Shown here one piece after another: positions 19,804 through 29,325 of a stretch of DNA of 32,000 nucleotides. Numbering within the stretch: the stretch's first letter is position 1; every line of letters begins with the position of its first letter. Made by a program: the position numbers and the translations under genes. The notes beneath the pieces are model-generated. The model had not been told where the DNA came from and did no database searches. It was given only the letters and a program-made list of their open reading frames with translations. This stretch comes from Candidatus Helarchaeota ASGARD archaeon Hel_GB_B (GTDB lineage Archaea; Asgardarchaeota; Lokiarchaeia; Helarchaeales; HEL-GB-B). The stretch spans positions 1-32,000 of the forward strand of contig SUPR01000008.1 of the NCBI GenBank assembly GCA_005191425.1. The letters run 5' to 3'.

Positions 19804-21258
19804 TTAAATTTTATTTAAAGCTTCTTTTATTAATTTGTTAGTTATTTGGGGGTCGCATCTACCATTACTCAGTTTCATAACTTGTCCAACAAGAAAATGG
19901 ATAGCTTTAGGGTCTTTTTTTGCGTCTGAAACAGCTTTTGGTTGGGTATTAAAAACTTTATTAATAAATTCTTGAATTTTTTTAAGATCGTTAATTCTTA
20001 ATAATCCTTTTTCTTTTGCAATTTCCATAGGCTTCTTACCGCTTTCCATCATTAATTGTAAAATTCGTTTAGCTAATTTGCCACTAATTGTACCCTTATC
20101 AATTAAATTCAATAGTTCAATAAAATCATCAGCACAAATTTTGGAATCGTTAATTTCAATATTCAAGGTATTTAAATGTCGCATTAAATCACTCATTATC
20201 CAATTACTAACTTCTTTTGGTTTTTGATATTTTTTAACGACATCCTCATAAAAATCAGCAAGTGATTTTGTAATGACCAGAACTTCTGCATCATATCGTG
20301 GTAATTTATATTCTTTTATGAACCTATTTATCCTATCATCTGGTAATTCAGGCATATTTTCTTCTATTGAAGTAATCATCTCGGACGATATTTCAATAGG
20401 GAGCAAATCTGGCTCAGGAAAATACCTATAATCTTGTTCCTCTTCTTTTGTCCTTAATGTAAATGTTCTTTTTTTATCGCTGTCCCAATGTCTAGTTTCT
20501 TGCTTAATTTCACCGCCATGTTTATAGATATTTTTTTGCCTTATTATTTCTGCATTTAGAGCTGCTTGGACATCTTTATAAGAAGAAATATTTTTAATTT
20601 CGACTCTATTTTTTCCATATAAAGATATATTTGCATCGCATCGCATAGACCCCTCTAATGACAAGTCTGCAATGCCAAGATGCTCCACAATTGACCTTAA
20701 TTTCTGTAAAAATATTCTTGCTTCCTCTGGAGTTTCAAAGTCAGGCTCAGTGACTACTTCAATCAAAGTAATTCCTGCCCTGTTATAATCAATATATGCA
20801 ATTGGCGATGAAAGAATTGTTCCATCATAACTAATACGTCCAGGGTCCTCTTCAAGTTGAAGTCGTGTAATATTAATTCTTTTATCATATTCTTTAAATT
20901 TTAAAATCATTTGACCTCCTAGTGCTATTGGTACCCCACCGGCTTTATTATATTGTGAAATCTGGAAATTTTTAGGCATATCCGGATAAAAATAGTTTTT
21001 TCTATAAAAAAGGGTTTTATTTGAAATTTTTGAATTTAAAGCAAGACCCAACATAATTGCAAATTCCACTGCCTTTTTGTTGACTGAAGGTAAAGAACCC
21101 GGAAGCCCCAAACAGACCGGACAAACATATGTATTTGGTGGCATATCTCTATAATCTGCATTACACCCACAAAATAGCTTTGTTTTAAGTTTAGTTAATT
21201 GAATGTGTATTTCAAGTCCAATTTTTATTCCTAATTGTTCTAATTCTTGTCTACTCAT
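19804..21258 (-). CDS. gatB: Asp-tRNA(Asn)/Glu-tRNA(Gln) amidotransferase subunit B
   Basis: IGLEIHIQL, CPVCLGLPG, RKNYFYPD, LEEDPG, DYNRAG..LIE.VTEPD, RCDAN.S, EIKN and DYRYFPEPDL. Start is ATG 21258, 6 nt after AAGGTG (21265-21270). Confidence 0.97.
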   Translation of the reverse strand: MSRQELEQLGIKIGLEIHIQLTKLKTKLFCGCNADYRDMPPNTYVCPVCLGLPGSLPSVNKKAVEFAIMLGLALNSKISNKTLFYRKNYFYPDMPKNFQISQYNKAGGVPIALGGQMILKFKEYDKRINITRLQLEEDPGRISYDGTILSSPIAYIDYNRAGITLIEVVTEPDFETPEEARIFLQKLRSIVEHLGIADLSLEGSMRCDANISLYGKNRVEIKNISSYKDVQAALNAEIIRQKNIYKHGGEIKQETRHWDSDKKRTFTLRTKEEEQDYRYFPEPDLLPIEISSEMITSIEENMPELPDDRINRFIKEYKLPRYDAEVLVITKSLADFYEDVVKKYQKPKEVSNWIMSDLMRHLNTLNIEINDSKICADDFIELLNLIDKGTISGKLAKRILQLMMESGKKPMEIAKEKGLLRINDLKKIQEFINKVFNTQPKAVSDAKKDPKAIHFLVGQVMKLSNGRCDPQITNKLIKEALNKI

Positions 21259-21270
21259 AATATTCACCTT

Positions 21271-22746
21271 CTAAATTTTAGGAAATGTGTTTTTGGTATG
21301 CGCATTTTTCTCATACAAGTCAGCAATTTGAAAAATTTTATATTCCTCGTAATAATTACCAATGATTTGAAGTCCAATTGGTAATCCTTGACTAAATCCA
21401 CATGGAATTGATAGTGCAGGTAGCCCTGTAATATTGATTGGTACAGTACAGATATCCGCTAAGTACATTGTTAAGGGGTCATTGACTGCCTCTCCCAATT
21501 TAAAGGGTAATATTGGCATTGTTGGGCAAATCAAAAATGAGAATTTTTTCAAATGCTTTTCAAATTCTTGAATTAATAATGTCCGCAATTTAAGAGCTTT
21601 TAAATAGTACATATCATAATAACCTGCTGATAAAGCATAAGTACCTAACATTATTCTTCTTCTAACTTCCTTACCAAAAGCTAACCGGTTATTCGCGAAG
21701 ACTTCATTCCAATTACCTTTATCTTCGCTCCTAAAGCCATATCTAATACCATCAAATCTAGCTAAATTGGAGCTAGCTTCTGCCATTGCAATTATATAAT
21801 AACAAGCAATTGAATAATCAATTGATGGAATTGAAATTTCTTCATAACTTCCTCCTAAATCTTCTAGTAATTTGATTGCATCCCAAACACTTTTTTTTAC
21901 TTCAGGGTCAATTCCCTCGCCTAGAAGTTCTTTTGGTATCCCAAAAGTAAATTTTCCTTTTGAATTTGGAAAATCTTTAAATGATTTTTTTAGATATTGT
22001 TCCATTTCTTCTTTTGAAATAGTTGTACTGTCCATTGGATCATTACCTACTATAACATCAAATATATCCTTACAATCACTTACATTCGTAGCCATCGGAC
22101 CTATTTGCTCTAAACTACATGCATATGCAATTAAACCATATCTTGATACTAGTCCATATGTAGCTTTTAACCCTACTACACCAGAAAAACTTGCCGGGCA
22201 TCGGATCGACCCTCCCGTATCACTACCAAGAGCTAATGGGACTTCTCCACTTGCTAATGCTGCTCCACTTCCTCCAGACGACCCACCTGGCACTCTATCC
22301 AATGCCCATGGGTTGTGTGTCACTCCAAAATAACTTGATTCACAAGTAGTACCCATTGCAAATTCGTCCATATTTGTTTTTCCAACTATTATTGCACCTT
22401 CATCTAATAACTTTTTAATCACTGTTGCATTATATGGTGGAATATAATTTTCCAGCATTTTAGAAGCGCAAGTTGTCGGATAATTTTTAAAACAAATATT
22501 ATCTTTAATTGCAATTGGAATACCAAATAACTTACCTTTAGTTTTTCTCCCACTTTTTTTCAAAGTTTTATCCAATTCTTTTGCTCTTTGAATTGCTTCA
22601 TTTTTTAAAGTTAAAATAAATGCATTTACTTTATTTTCGACTTTATCAATCCGGTCGAATGTCTCAATTATTGTGTCCTCTACTGTCTTATTTCCTGATT
22701 TATACTCGGCAATCAGATCTCTTATTGTGTGATAATGTCTTATCAT
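21271..22746 (-). CDS. gatA: Asp-tRNA(Asn)/Glu-tRNA(Gln) amidotransferase subunit A
   Basis: IAIKDNI, GKTNMDEFAMG, PGGSSGGS, GSDTGGSIRCPA, SNLARFDG and EVRRRIMLG. Confidence 0.97.
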   Translation of the reverse strand: MIRHYHTIRDLIAEYKSGNKTVEDTIIETFDRIDKVENKVNAFILTLKNEAIQRAKELDKTLKKSGRKTKGKLFGIPIAIKDNICFKNYPTTCASKMLENYIPPYNATVIKKLLDEGAIIVGKTNMDEFAMGTTCESSYFGVTHNPWALDRVPGGSSGGSGAALASGEVPLALGSDTGGSIRCPASFSGVVGLKATYGLVSRYGLIAYACSLEQIGPMATNVSDCKDIFDVIVGNDPMDSTTISKEEMEQYLKKSFKDFPNSKGKFTFGIPKELLGEGIDPEVKKSVWDAIKLLEDLGGSYEEISIPSIDYSIACYYIIAMAEASSNLARFDGIRYGFRSEDKGNWNEVFANNRLAFGKEVRRRIMLGTYALSAGYYDMYYLKALKLRTLLIQEFEKHLKKFSFLICPTMPILPFKLGEAVNDPLTMYLADICTVPINITGLPALSIPCGFSQGLPIGLQIIGNYYEEYKIFQIADLYEKNAHTKNTFPKI

Positions 22747-22757
22747 TATATAAACCC

Positions 22758-23051
22758 TTAGATAATTCTCGGTGAAACTATAAATTTATCTTTTCTTTTT
22801 GGTACATTTTGCATTATTTCATCTTCTTTCAAAGATTCTTTTATTTCATCCTCTCTAAACCTATTAACACTTCTTGAAATGTGAAAAGTAGGTCTAACTT
22901 TTTCAGTATCTATTTCATTGATTTTTTTAAAATACCTTAAAATGTCATTAAATGTAGTTTTATATTCATTAATTTCTTCTTGACTTTCCAATTTGATCCG
23001 CGCTAGCCATGCTACATGTTTGATATCATCATCTGTTAAGTCTTCAGTCAT
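22758..23051 (-). CDS. gatC: Asp-tRNA(Asn)/Glu-tRNA(Gln) amidotransferase subunit C
   Basis: IKHVAWLARI, IL.YF.KI.EIDT.V.PT, N.FRED, and its position upstream of gatA. ATG 23051 is preferred over GTG 23063. Confidence 0.9.
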   Translation of the reverse strand: MTEDLTDDDIKHVAWLARIKLESQEEINEYKTTFNDILRYFKKINEIDTEKVRPTFHISRSVNRFREDEIKESLKEDEIMQNVPKRKDKFIVSPRII

Positions 23052-23305
23052 TATTAAAGTCACTTAATATATTTATCATTAAAATTATTTTTTAATTCGA
23101 TTCATATTTTAAAAAATTTTTTAATAATTTTAATAATTATAATGAAACAATTAAGAAAATTTAATTTTATTATATCTTTTTATAATTTCATTTTCTAGGA
23201 TATTTAATTTATTTCAAGATAACTCCAATAAATTTGATCTACAATATCAATTTTTAAATTTAAAAATACTGAAATTAAAATAAATATCTTTAGATGATTT
23301 GCTGT

Positions 23306-23902
23306 TTAAACTAAAATAACTGAATCTACAAATAGCTCATATTCATCCCCTTCATTTAAATCGCGAATTTTTATTCTTTCGACCGTATTATCTCCTAAAA
23401 TTTTAATTATCTCCGATTGGGTTAAAATTTTTACATCAGAAGACCGTAATTCGGATTTTAATTTAGAGTTGCATAAAACTGTTTTTAATGGAGTAATAAA
23501 TATTACCAGACCTGTATATTTGGTAAGTTTAATAGATAATTCAATACTGGGCTCTCCATTTTCTACTATAATTACTCTTTTATCCTTAAATAACTCTAAA
23601 TTATCATAATTCTTATAAACACCTTTGTCCAAAAATTGATCAACGCCAACTATTTTACCAATTTCTGGTGGGACATTACAAATTTTCTCTTGAACATCTA
23701 TTACTGGTTCTAACTTAATTCCTGATCTATAGTTCTTGATCGCATCATGTAATGCATCTGCAGCTAAATTTGAACAATGCATTTTTATTGGAGGTAAACC
23801 TTCAAGTTCTTCTGCCACATCTTTTCTTGTAATTTCTAATGCTTCATCTAATGGTTTTCCTTTTGCCATTTCTGTTATCATAACATCACATAACGCTGTC
23901 AT
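23306..23902 (-). CDS. 5'-truncated IscU/NifU scaffold domain fused to a degenerate thioredoxin-reductase NADP-binding-like domain (possible pseudogene or split gene)
   Basis: MITEMAKGK..EAL.IT..DVAE.L.GLPP.KMHCSNLAADAL is the IscU C-terminal half. The C-terminus G...FL.KGV..FKDKRVIIV..SEI..ILGD..VE.I.I..L..G.E.EL.VD.V is TrxB-like. Confidence 0.7.
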   Translation of the reverse strand: MTALCDVMITEMAKGKPLDEALEITRKDVAEELEGLPPIKMHCSNLAADALHDAIKNYRSGIKLEPVIDVQEKICNVPPEIGKIVGVDQFLDKGVYKNYDNLELFKDKRVIIVENGEPSIELSIKLTKYTGLVIFITPLKTVLCNSKLKSELRSSDVKILTQSEIIKILGDNTVERIKIRDLNEGDEYELFVDSVILV

Positions 23903-24632
23903 AAATGGGCCAAAATTACTTAAAAATATTCTGGAATATTTAAGACAAATATTATTGATTTACACAAAAAATTGTAAATTTTCAATCATTATCACTAATT
24001 AATTCATAACATTTCTAAATTACTTTTTTTTAGAATCCATAAGATTTGTTATAATTTGATTTCAAATTTATATTTTTAAAATCTTTTTCTATTAATTGAT
24101 CAATTTTTCCATAAAATTTCTTTTATATTATTTCTTTTTTTAAAAATACATTTCTATTCCTTGAATATTAAGTTAAAAAGCAAAATAAGGATCGAAAAAT
24201 TGATATGGAACAAAAAATTGTATTAATCATTAACTGGATTCAAAATAGAATTTTTTAAAACGATTTCGTTTTTAATTTAACTTATTTTTACTTTAATTTG
24301 TGTATTACCACATTATTGACTTTAATTCTATAATCTTTTTTAATTCATAAAATGTTTTAATTCACTTTTAAATTAAGTGAAAAATGACTTAGTTCTACGC
24401 GTCTTAAAATATTTCTTTTAATGAAAATTAATATTTTAATTATTTATTATCAAATTAACGCCATTTTGATAGGTAAATTAAAAAGTAAAATTTAGGTTAA
24501 TCTAATAATTTATGTAAAATAAAATCAACAATGAAGAAAATTCCGAATATTATAAATTATCAATAATTATTAAATAAGCTATACTATGTTATAATAAAAT
24601 GATAAAAAAATTTAATTTTTAGGTGGAATATA

Positions 24633-25577
24633 TTGAGCAAGAAAAATAAATCCGAAAATAGTAAAGAATCAACTAATATGGAAGAAAAAACTAAGAAAAA
24701 AAGTAAAAAGGTTAAAGAAACACCACAAAAAACTGAAGTTCAGAAGAAAAAAAGGATTGCTTATAAAAAATTGACTATTGATTTTTGGGCTACCGATTTA
24801 CATGGCGAAGAAGTAGGTGTTAGACAAGATGCACAACATCGAGCAAAATCAAGGCAATTTTCGAAAGATATGGAAATTTATGGTGCTTTATTTGAAGATG
24901 GTAAAAAAGTAGGTTTTGTAGGCTGGCGTAAAGAAGCATGGGAAAGTGGGATTGATGAAGAAGATGAAGAAGTCGAAGGTGAAATATTAGGTCCAAGTAC
25001 TGCTGAAATTGGAAGGTTAATAATAAGATGTTTTACCAATGAATCAAATTGGATCGGTTCACTTGAAGAACAAGTCGTGCTTGAATTGCCTCGGTCATAT
25101 TATGAACCTTTACCTGTATTTACTATTATTATCCCACGATATGAATTTGTTATAAGGGTTGAAAGAATTTATTCAAGGACAGGAAATTTATACTGCACCA
25201 CTCTTATAACTAAAGAAAAAGGGGATAAAGAAAAAATAATGGATATTTTTGAAATTGATGAAAAATTGTTTACATTAGGTTCTGATTGGGTAGTAAGAAG
25301 ACGTGGGGCTAATAAAAAAGATATTGTAGCAAAACTTGATGGAAAAATTCTAAATGTTGGTGGTAAAGTAGATATTACAATTTATGATGAAGAATTAGCA
25401 AAAAATAGAGCATTTCGGATGTTATTAGTACTGTTTGCAGCAATGACAAAGTTCCATAATAAAGTAAAAAAGAAGATACGAAAAGTAAGAGAACAAATAT
25501 TTAATGGAGAAATTCAAATTAAACCGACCCACCAAGAACTTGAAATGATGCGAAACCCAAGGACCATTAGAAGATAA
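24633..25577 (+). CDS. Hypothetical protein with a LURP-one/scramblase (Tubby-C-like) domain and a Lys/Glu-rich N-terminus
   Basis: IDEKLFTLGSDWVV, VAKLDGKILNVGGKVDITIYD and a final hydrophobic helix MLLVLFAAM match the repeat pattern of YxjI/LURP-type proteins. AGGTG lies 7 nt before the TTG. Confidence 0.6.
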   Translation: MSKKNKSENSKESTNMEEKTKKKSKKVKETPQKTEVQKKKRIAYKKLTIDFWATDLHGEEVGVRQDAQHRAKSRQFSKDMEIYGALFEDGKKVGFVGWRKEAWESGIDEEDEEVEGEILGPSTAEIGRLIIRCFTNESNWIGSLEEQVVLELPRSYYEPLPVFTIIIPRYEFVIRVERIYSRTGNLYCTTLITKEKGDKEKIMDIFEIDEKLFTLGSDWVVRRRGANKKDIVAKLDGKILNVGGKVDITIYDEELAKNRAFRMLLVLFAAMTKFHNKVKKKIRKVREQIFNGEIQIKPTHQELEMMRNPRTIRR

Positions 25578-25845
25578 AGGATAAAAATACAATTAAGAAG
25601 TTTTTTTTCAATAAATTTGCTTTTATTTCATATTTTTTCGTTTAACGTATGTTTTCAAATTATATTTTTAACTATACAAGTGAAAATCTGTTTTTAAAAA
25701 GAGGAAAAACTATTAAGTTCATTTTAATATGAAATTTATCAATTAAAAAGATTAATTAATAATAAAAGATGTGATATCTTAACCATCAAAAATTGATCAT
25801 TTAAAAAGCAAATTTCAACAATATTTTATAATAACGGTGTATATT

Positions 25846-27126
25846 TTGAAGAAAAATATTAAACCTTATGAGATTTTATATTATGCAATTTCATTAACCT
25901 ATGATTTAGTAGATAGAATAGTTATTGAGGATGAGTTGCAAGTTTTAAAATCATATATGAAAAATATGCTACCTGTTCTAGAAGATTCTTTACAAAAAGC
26001 TGCAGAAGGGCTACCTATTATTGGATACAATTTTGGGATACCACCAGAAATTTTCTTTTGTTTTGATTGTATACCATTTTGTTTTGAGGCTACTCCATAC
26101 ATTATCTCTGCTCTTTTACCAAGTGGAGTTGAATATTTTTACGATAAAGCTAATGCCTGGGGTCATCCGTACCATACTTGTAGCTCTCAAAAGGGAATAA
26201 TGGGGATGATACTTGATGGTAAAATTGAATTGGACGCTATTATTACACCTACTTCTCCTTGCGATAATGCAATTGCTTCTTATCAATTTTTTTCAAATTA
26301 TATAGAAGTTCCAACTATTTATGCAGACATTCCAGCTCTCTATAATAATGAAAGAGCTTTTGAATATTATGCAGAAGAGTTAAAACGTATGGTCAATAGT
26401 GTCTCTAAAATTATAGGCCAAGAGCCAAATTTTGATAATATGATAAAAGCTATTGAATTTAATTCAAAAGCTCATCAATATTTATTAGAAATTCATGAGT
26501 TAAAAAAAGCGGTACCTTGTCCTTTTGAAAGTATTATAAATCCAATTATTGCTGCTGCAACAACTTTAATGCCTGGGACCTATGAAAAGGTAGCTTTTTT
26601 TAAGGAAGTCTCTGAAATTGGTAAAAAAAGACTAAAAAGACATGCAGGACGACCAGGTATTGAAAAGTTTAGAAGTATTTGGCCTTATATGAGTGTTTTT
26701 TATGATTTTAGCTTGTACGAATGGATGGATAGAGAAATGGGGATCTCGCAATTATGGGATATTTTTAATTACTATTTTTATGACCCTATTCAGATAAAAA
26801 ATAAAAAAGATATTGATGATATTTTTTTACAAATTGCAAGCCAAGGGAAGAATTTGCCTATGAACAGACAATCTTTACTTTCTGTAGATGTCTTAATTGA
26901 TGACATGATTTGGCTTGCAAAAGAATATAATTGCGATTTTACGGTTATTATGGAGCATTTAGGATGTAAACAAATGGCGTCAATATCTCAATTATTAAGA
27001 GAAGAATTAATGAACGAATTAGGTATGCCAACACTTATAATTGAGCTGGATGTAGGTGATAAAAGAGTCACTCCAATTGAGTCTATTAGATATCAAATGA
27101 ATGAATTTATAAACACATTACTATAA
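25846..27126 (+). CDS. 2-hydroxyacyl-CoA dehydratase / benzoyl-CoA reductase-family subunit (HgdA/BcrB-like)
   Basis: PPEIF, HTCSSQKG..G, PCDN and HLGCK..A motifs, and PTL.IE.D..D.R. Start is TTG 25846 after GGTG, or GTG 25837. Confidence 0.85.
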   Translation: MKKNIKPYEILYYAISLTYDLVDRIVIEDELQVLKSYMKNMLPVLEDSLQKAAEGLPIIGYNFGIPPEIFFCFDCIPFCFEATPYIISALLPSGVEYFYDKANAWGHPYHTCSSQKGIMGMILDGKIELDAIITPTSPCDNAIASYQFFSNYIEVPTIYADIPALYNNERAFEYYAEELKRMVNSVSKIIGQEPNFDNMIKAIEFNSKAHQYLLEIHELKKAVPCPFESIINPIIAAATTLMPGTYEKVAFFKEVSEIGKKRLKRHAGRPGIEKFRSIWPYMSVFYDFSLYEWMDREMGISQLWDIFNYYFYDPIQIKNKKDIDDIFLQIASQGKNLPMNRQSLLSVDVLIDDMIWLAKEYNCDFTVIMEHLGCKQMASISQLLREELMNELGMPTLIIELDVGDKRVTPIESIRYQMNEFINTLL

Positions 27127-27149
27127 TATTTTAAATTCGTTTTATCATA

Positions 27150-28043
27150 TTATTTTATTTTTTCTATTTGTGCCTGTCTTTTTGCAAGTAAATATGTACT
27201 TATAATCACAAATATTGTTCCAAAAAGCATTAATGGTGTTGATAAAATATTTGGGGGGATTAATAGATAAACGGACAAGTAATAGAATGGTGGCGATATT
27301 AAAATCGGAAACTGTTGGATTACAATCATATTACTTGCTTGACCAAATTTAAAAGCCTGATTAATTTTGGCAAGAGCAAATATATTAGTGAATATTAATA
27401 TTATACAAGCAATTACAAAAATTACTAGCTCAATTAATAGTGCATTATTATTTAATACTTGAATAATTACTCCTAATAATGGACTTATCCAAAAATTAGA
27501 TAAGGCTAACATGAGACCGGAAATAAGAGCTGCAGAAATACCCGGGTATTTTTCTTTTTTTTGGAGAATTTCGAATATGATTGATAAAAATAAAAAGATT
27601 GCTGTAAAGATAGAAATTCTTATAATCAATCCTAAATCAAGAAAATTTATTAAATCGACATTTATGTCCATATTACTTAGTCCTATTAGACATGTGGCAA
27701 TTATCATAAGACCAATTCCAAAAATTTCAGTGACACCAAGATGCTCTTTTAAAATATAAACTGAGCCAATTGCTAATACTATTAACCCAGATGCCATGAG
27801 TCCTGGAATTAAAGTAGGGCCAATATAATTCTGAGCTAATAAAAAAAGTATTACTCCTATTACCATCTGAAATATCAACCCTAATAACCATAGCGGATTT
27901 TTAATTAAAGAACGCATAAATTTCTCTTCATTAGAAACTCTATTTACAACTTTTTTCTGTAAAATAGTACCAATATTATTGCTAATCCCGGATAATATAG
28001 CAAAAAAGACTCCAAGCCAATAATCTGACAAATTCCACCACAA
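27150..28043 (-). CDS. DMT-superfamily transporter, NIPA/EamA-like
   Basis: About 9 TM helices, with G...A..S....G..LQKK, L.KNPLW..G, PTL..L and LKEHL.....GI.L. Confidence 0.75.
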   Translation of the reverse strand: MWWNLSDYWLGVFFAILSGISNNIGTILQKKVVNRVSNEEKFMRSLIKNPLWLLGLIFQMVIGVILFLLAQNYIGPTLIPGLMASGLIVLAIGSVYILKEHLGVTEIFGIGLMIIATCLIGLSNMDINVDLINFLDLGLIIRISIFTAIFLFLSIIFEILQKKEKYPGISAALISGLMLALSNFWISPLLGVIIQVLNNNALLIELVIFVIACIILIFTNIFALAKINQAFKFGQASNMIVIQQFPILISPPFYYLSVYLLIPPNILSTPLMLFGTIFVIISTYLLAKRQAQIEKIK

Positions 28044-28451
28044 AAAATATTTGAATATAATTTGATTTAATTCTAATTTTTAAATTTTAAATTTTTCTGA
28101 ATTCTAAATTTTTATTTCGTAAAATTAAAAATAAAAATTAAAACAATAGGCTCCTATAAATTTTTTTTGGGGTTGTTTATCCATATATTATGGATTTTAT
28201 ACCAATTTCTACAAGTTTTTTTTGACTTTTTTTAATTATTAAAAATACATTATATTAATTGGTTGAGATTAAAGAAATCTGTTAGAATAAATTATATAAG
28301 AGGAAATGTTTTTTCATTAATACTATGAATTATTTATTTTAATTCAGTTTTAATTAATATTTTAGACCTATTAAAAATCAGAAATATTTATTATTATAAA
28401 ATCATATAAATCTCAAATATATCTAATCATTTTAAAAGAGCGATATTAATC

Positions 28452-28961
28452 ATGACCATATCTAAAATAAAAGAGTTCAATGCATTAACTTATGAACAAA
28501 TTAAATTGAATGTTTTAGCTAATCTATTTAGAATGCTTGTAGATATTTATGGTTATCCAAAAGCCAAGAAAAATCTATCAAAAATTGAGAGTGAAGAGAT
28601 TTATGTACATTTTCCATATTTAAAAGGCGGGATAATTTTCAGGCCACATGGTGAAAGAGTAATTGGACAAGTAGTAAAGGAACTTAAGGACTCAGAAAAA
28701 CCAAAGGCAAGGCTTAATTTCAAGGTTAAAGATGAAAAAATTTATGATGTAATTGAGAAAATAATAAAATATAAATCGAATAATTGGAGCATTCTAAAAG
28801 TATTTTTTAAATATATACTTACTGGAAAAGTAGGACTTTCTATTCTTAAAGTAGGGACTATTATTGTTCTTTTTAAGTGTCTGATGATTGGAGACCATCC
28901 AATGTATAAAGAAGTTGACATTAGTGATTTTAGTAAACAAGAACAATTAGGTGGTGTTTAA
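28452..28961 (+). CDS. Hypothetical protein, probably a divergent SCP2-like lipid-binding domain
   Basis: Beta-rich centre followed by KP.ARL.F and ..KYILTGKV, resembling the SCP2 A...GK.K end. It is the first gene of a tight operon. Confidence 0.5.
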   Translation: MTISKIKEFNALTYEQIKLNVLANLFRMLVDIYGYPKAKKNLSKIESEEIYVHFPYLKGGIIFRPHGERVIGQVVKELKDSEKPKARLNFKVKDEKIYDVIEKIIKYKSNNWSILKVFFKYILTGKVGLSILKVGTIIVLFKCLMIGDHPMYKEVDISDFSKQEQLGGV

Positions 28962-28964
28962 ATT

Positions 28965-29321
28965 ATGGAAATACCTGATGAGCCAGATGATATTTTAGGT
29001 TTAGGGATTTATCGTAGAATAAAAACAGTAACAGAGATCAGTCCTGATTTTAAAAAGTTTGTCAATAATTTAAATGAAAATATCTTATTATCTACTGATT
29101 ATTATGATTTTATGATTAAATTTAAAGATGAAAATTTTGAAGTAACAAGAGAAATTGAGAATCCTACTATTATAATCAAAATTAAAATTGAAGAATTCTT
29201 TAAAATTATGGAAAAAAGGACTTCTATGGTATTTTCATTTTTAAAAGGAAAAATGAAATTTAAAAAGGGTTTAACTAAACTTTTTAAAGTGTATAAATTG
29301 TTTGGAAATATTTTAAGCTGA
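28965..29321 (+). CDS. SCP2 sterol/lipid-binding domain protein
   Basis: NPTIIIKIKIEEFFKIM..RTSMVFSFLKGKMKFKKG resembles the SCP2 signature (PD.TI...EDF..L..G.L....AFM.GK.K..G). Confidence 0.75.
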   Translation: MEIPDEPDDILGLGIYRRIKTVTEISPDFKKFVNNLNENILLSTDYYDFMIKFKDENFEVTREIENPTIIIKIKIEEFFKIMEKRTSMVFSFLKGKMKFKKGLTKLFKVYKLFGNILS

Positions 29322-29325
29322 AATT

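Noticed and set aside
23903-24632. Possible selenocysteine readthrough, frameshift or intron restoring the IscU N-terminus
   Set aside because: The upstream in-frame stop is TAA, not TGA, and no IscU-like peptide appeared in the upstream minus-strand frames I read.
28146-28195. Inverted repeats ATAGG-CT-CCTAT and ATCCATA-TAT-TATGGAT in the divergent DMT/SCP2 promoter region
   Set aside because: The arms are short and no second copy was seen in the window, so they cannot be separated from chance.
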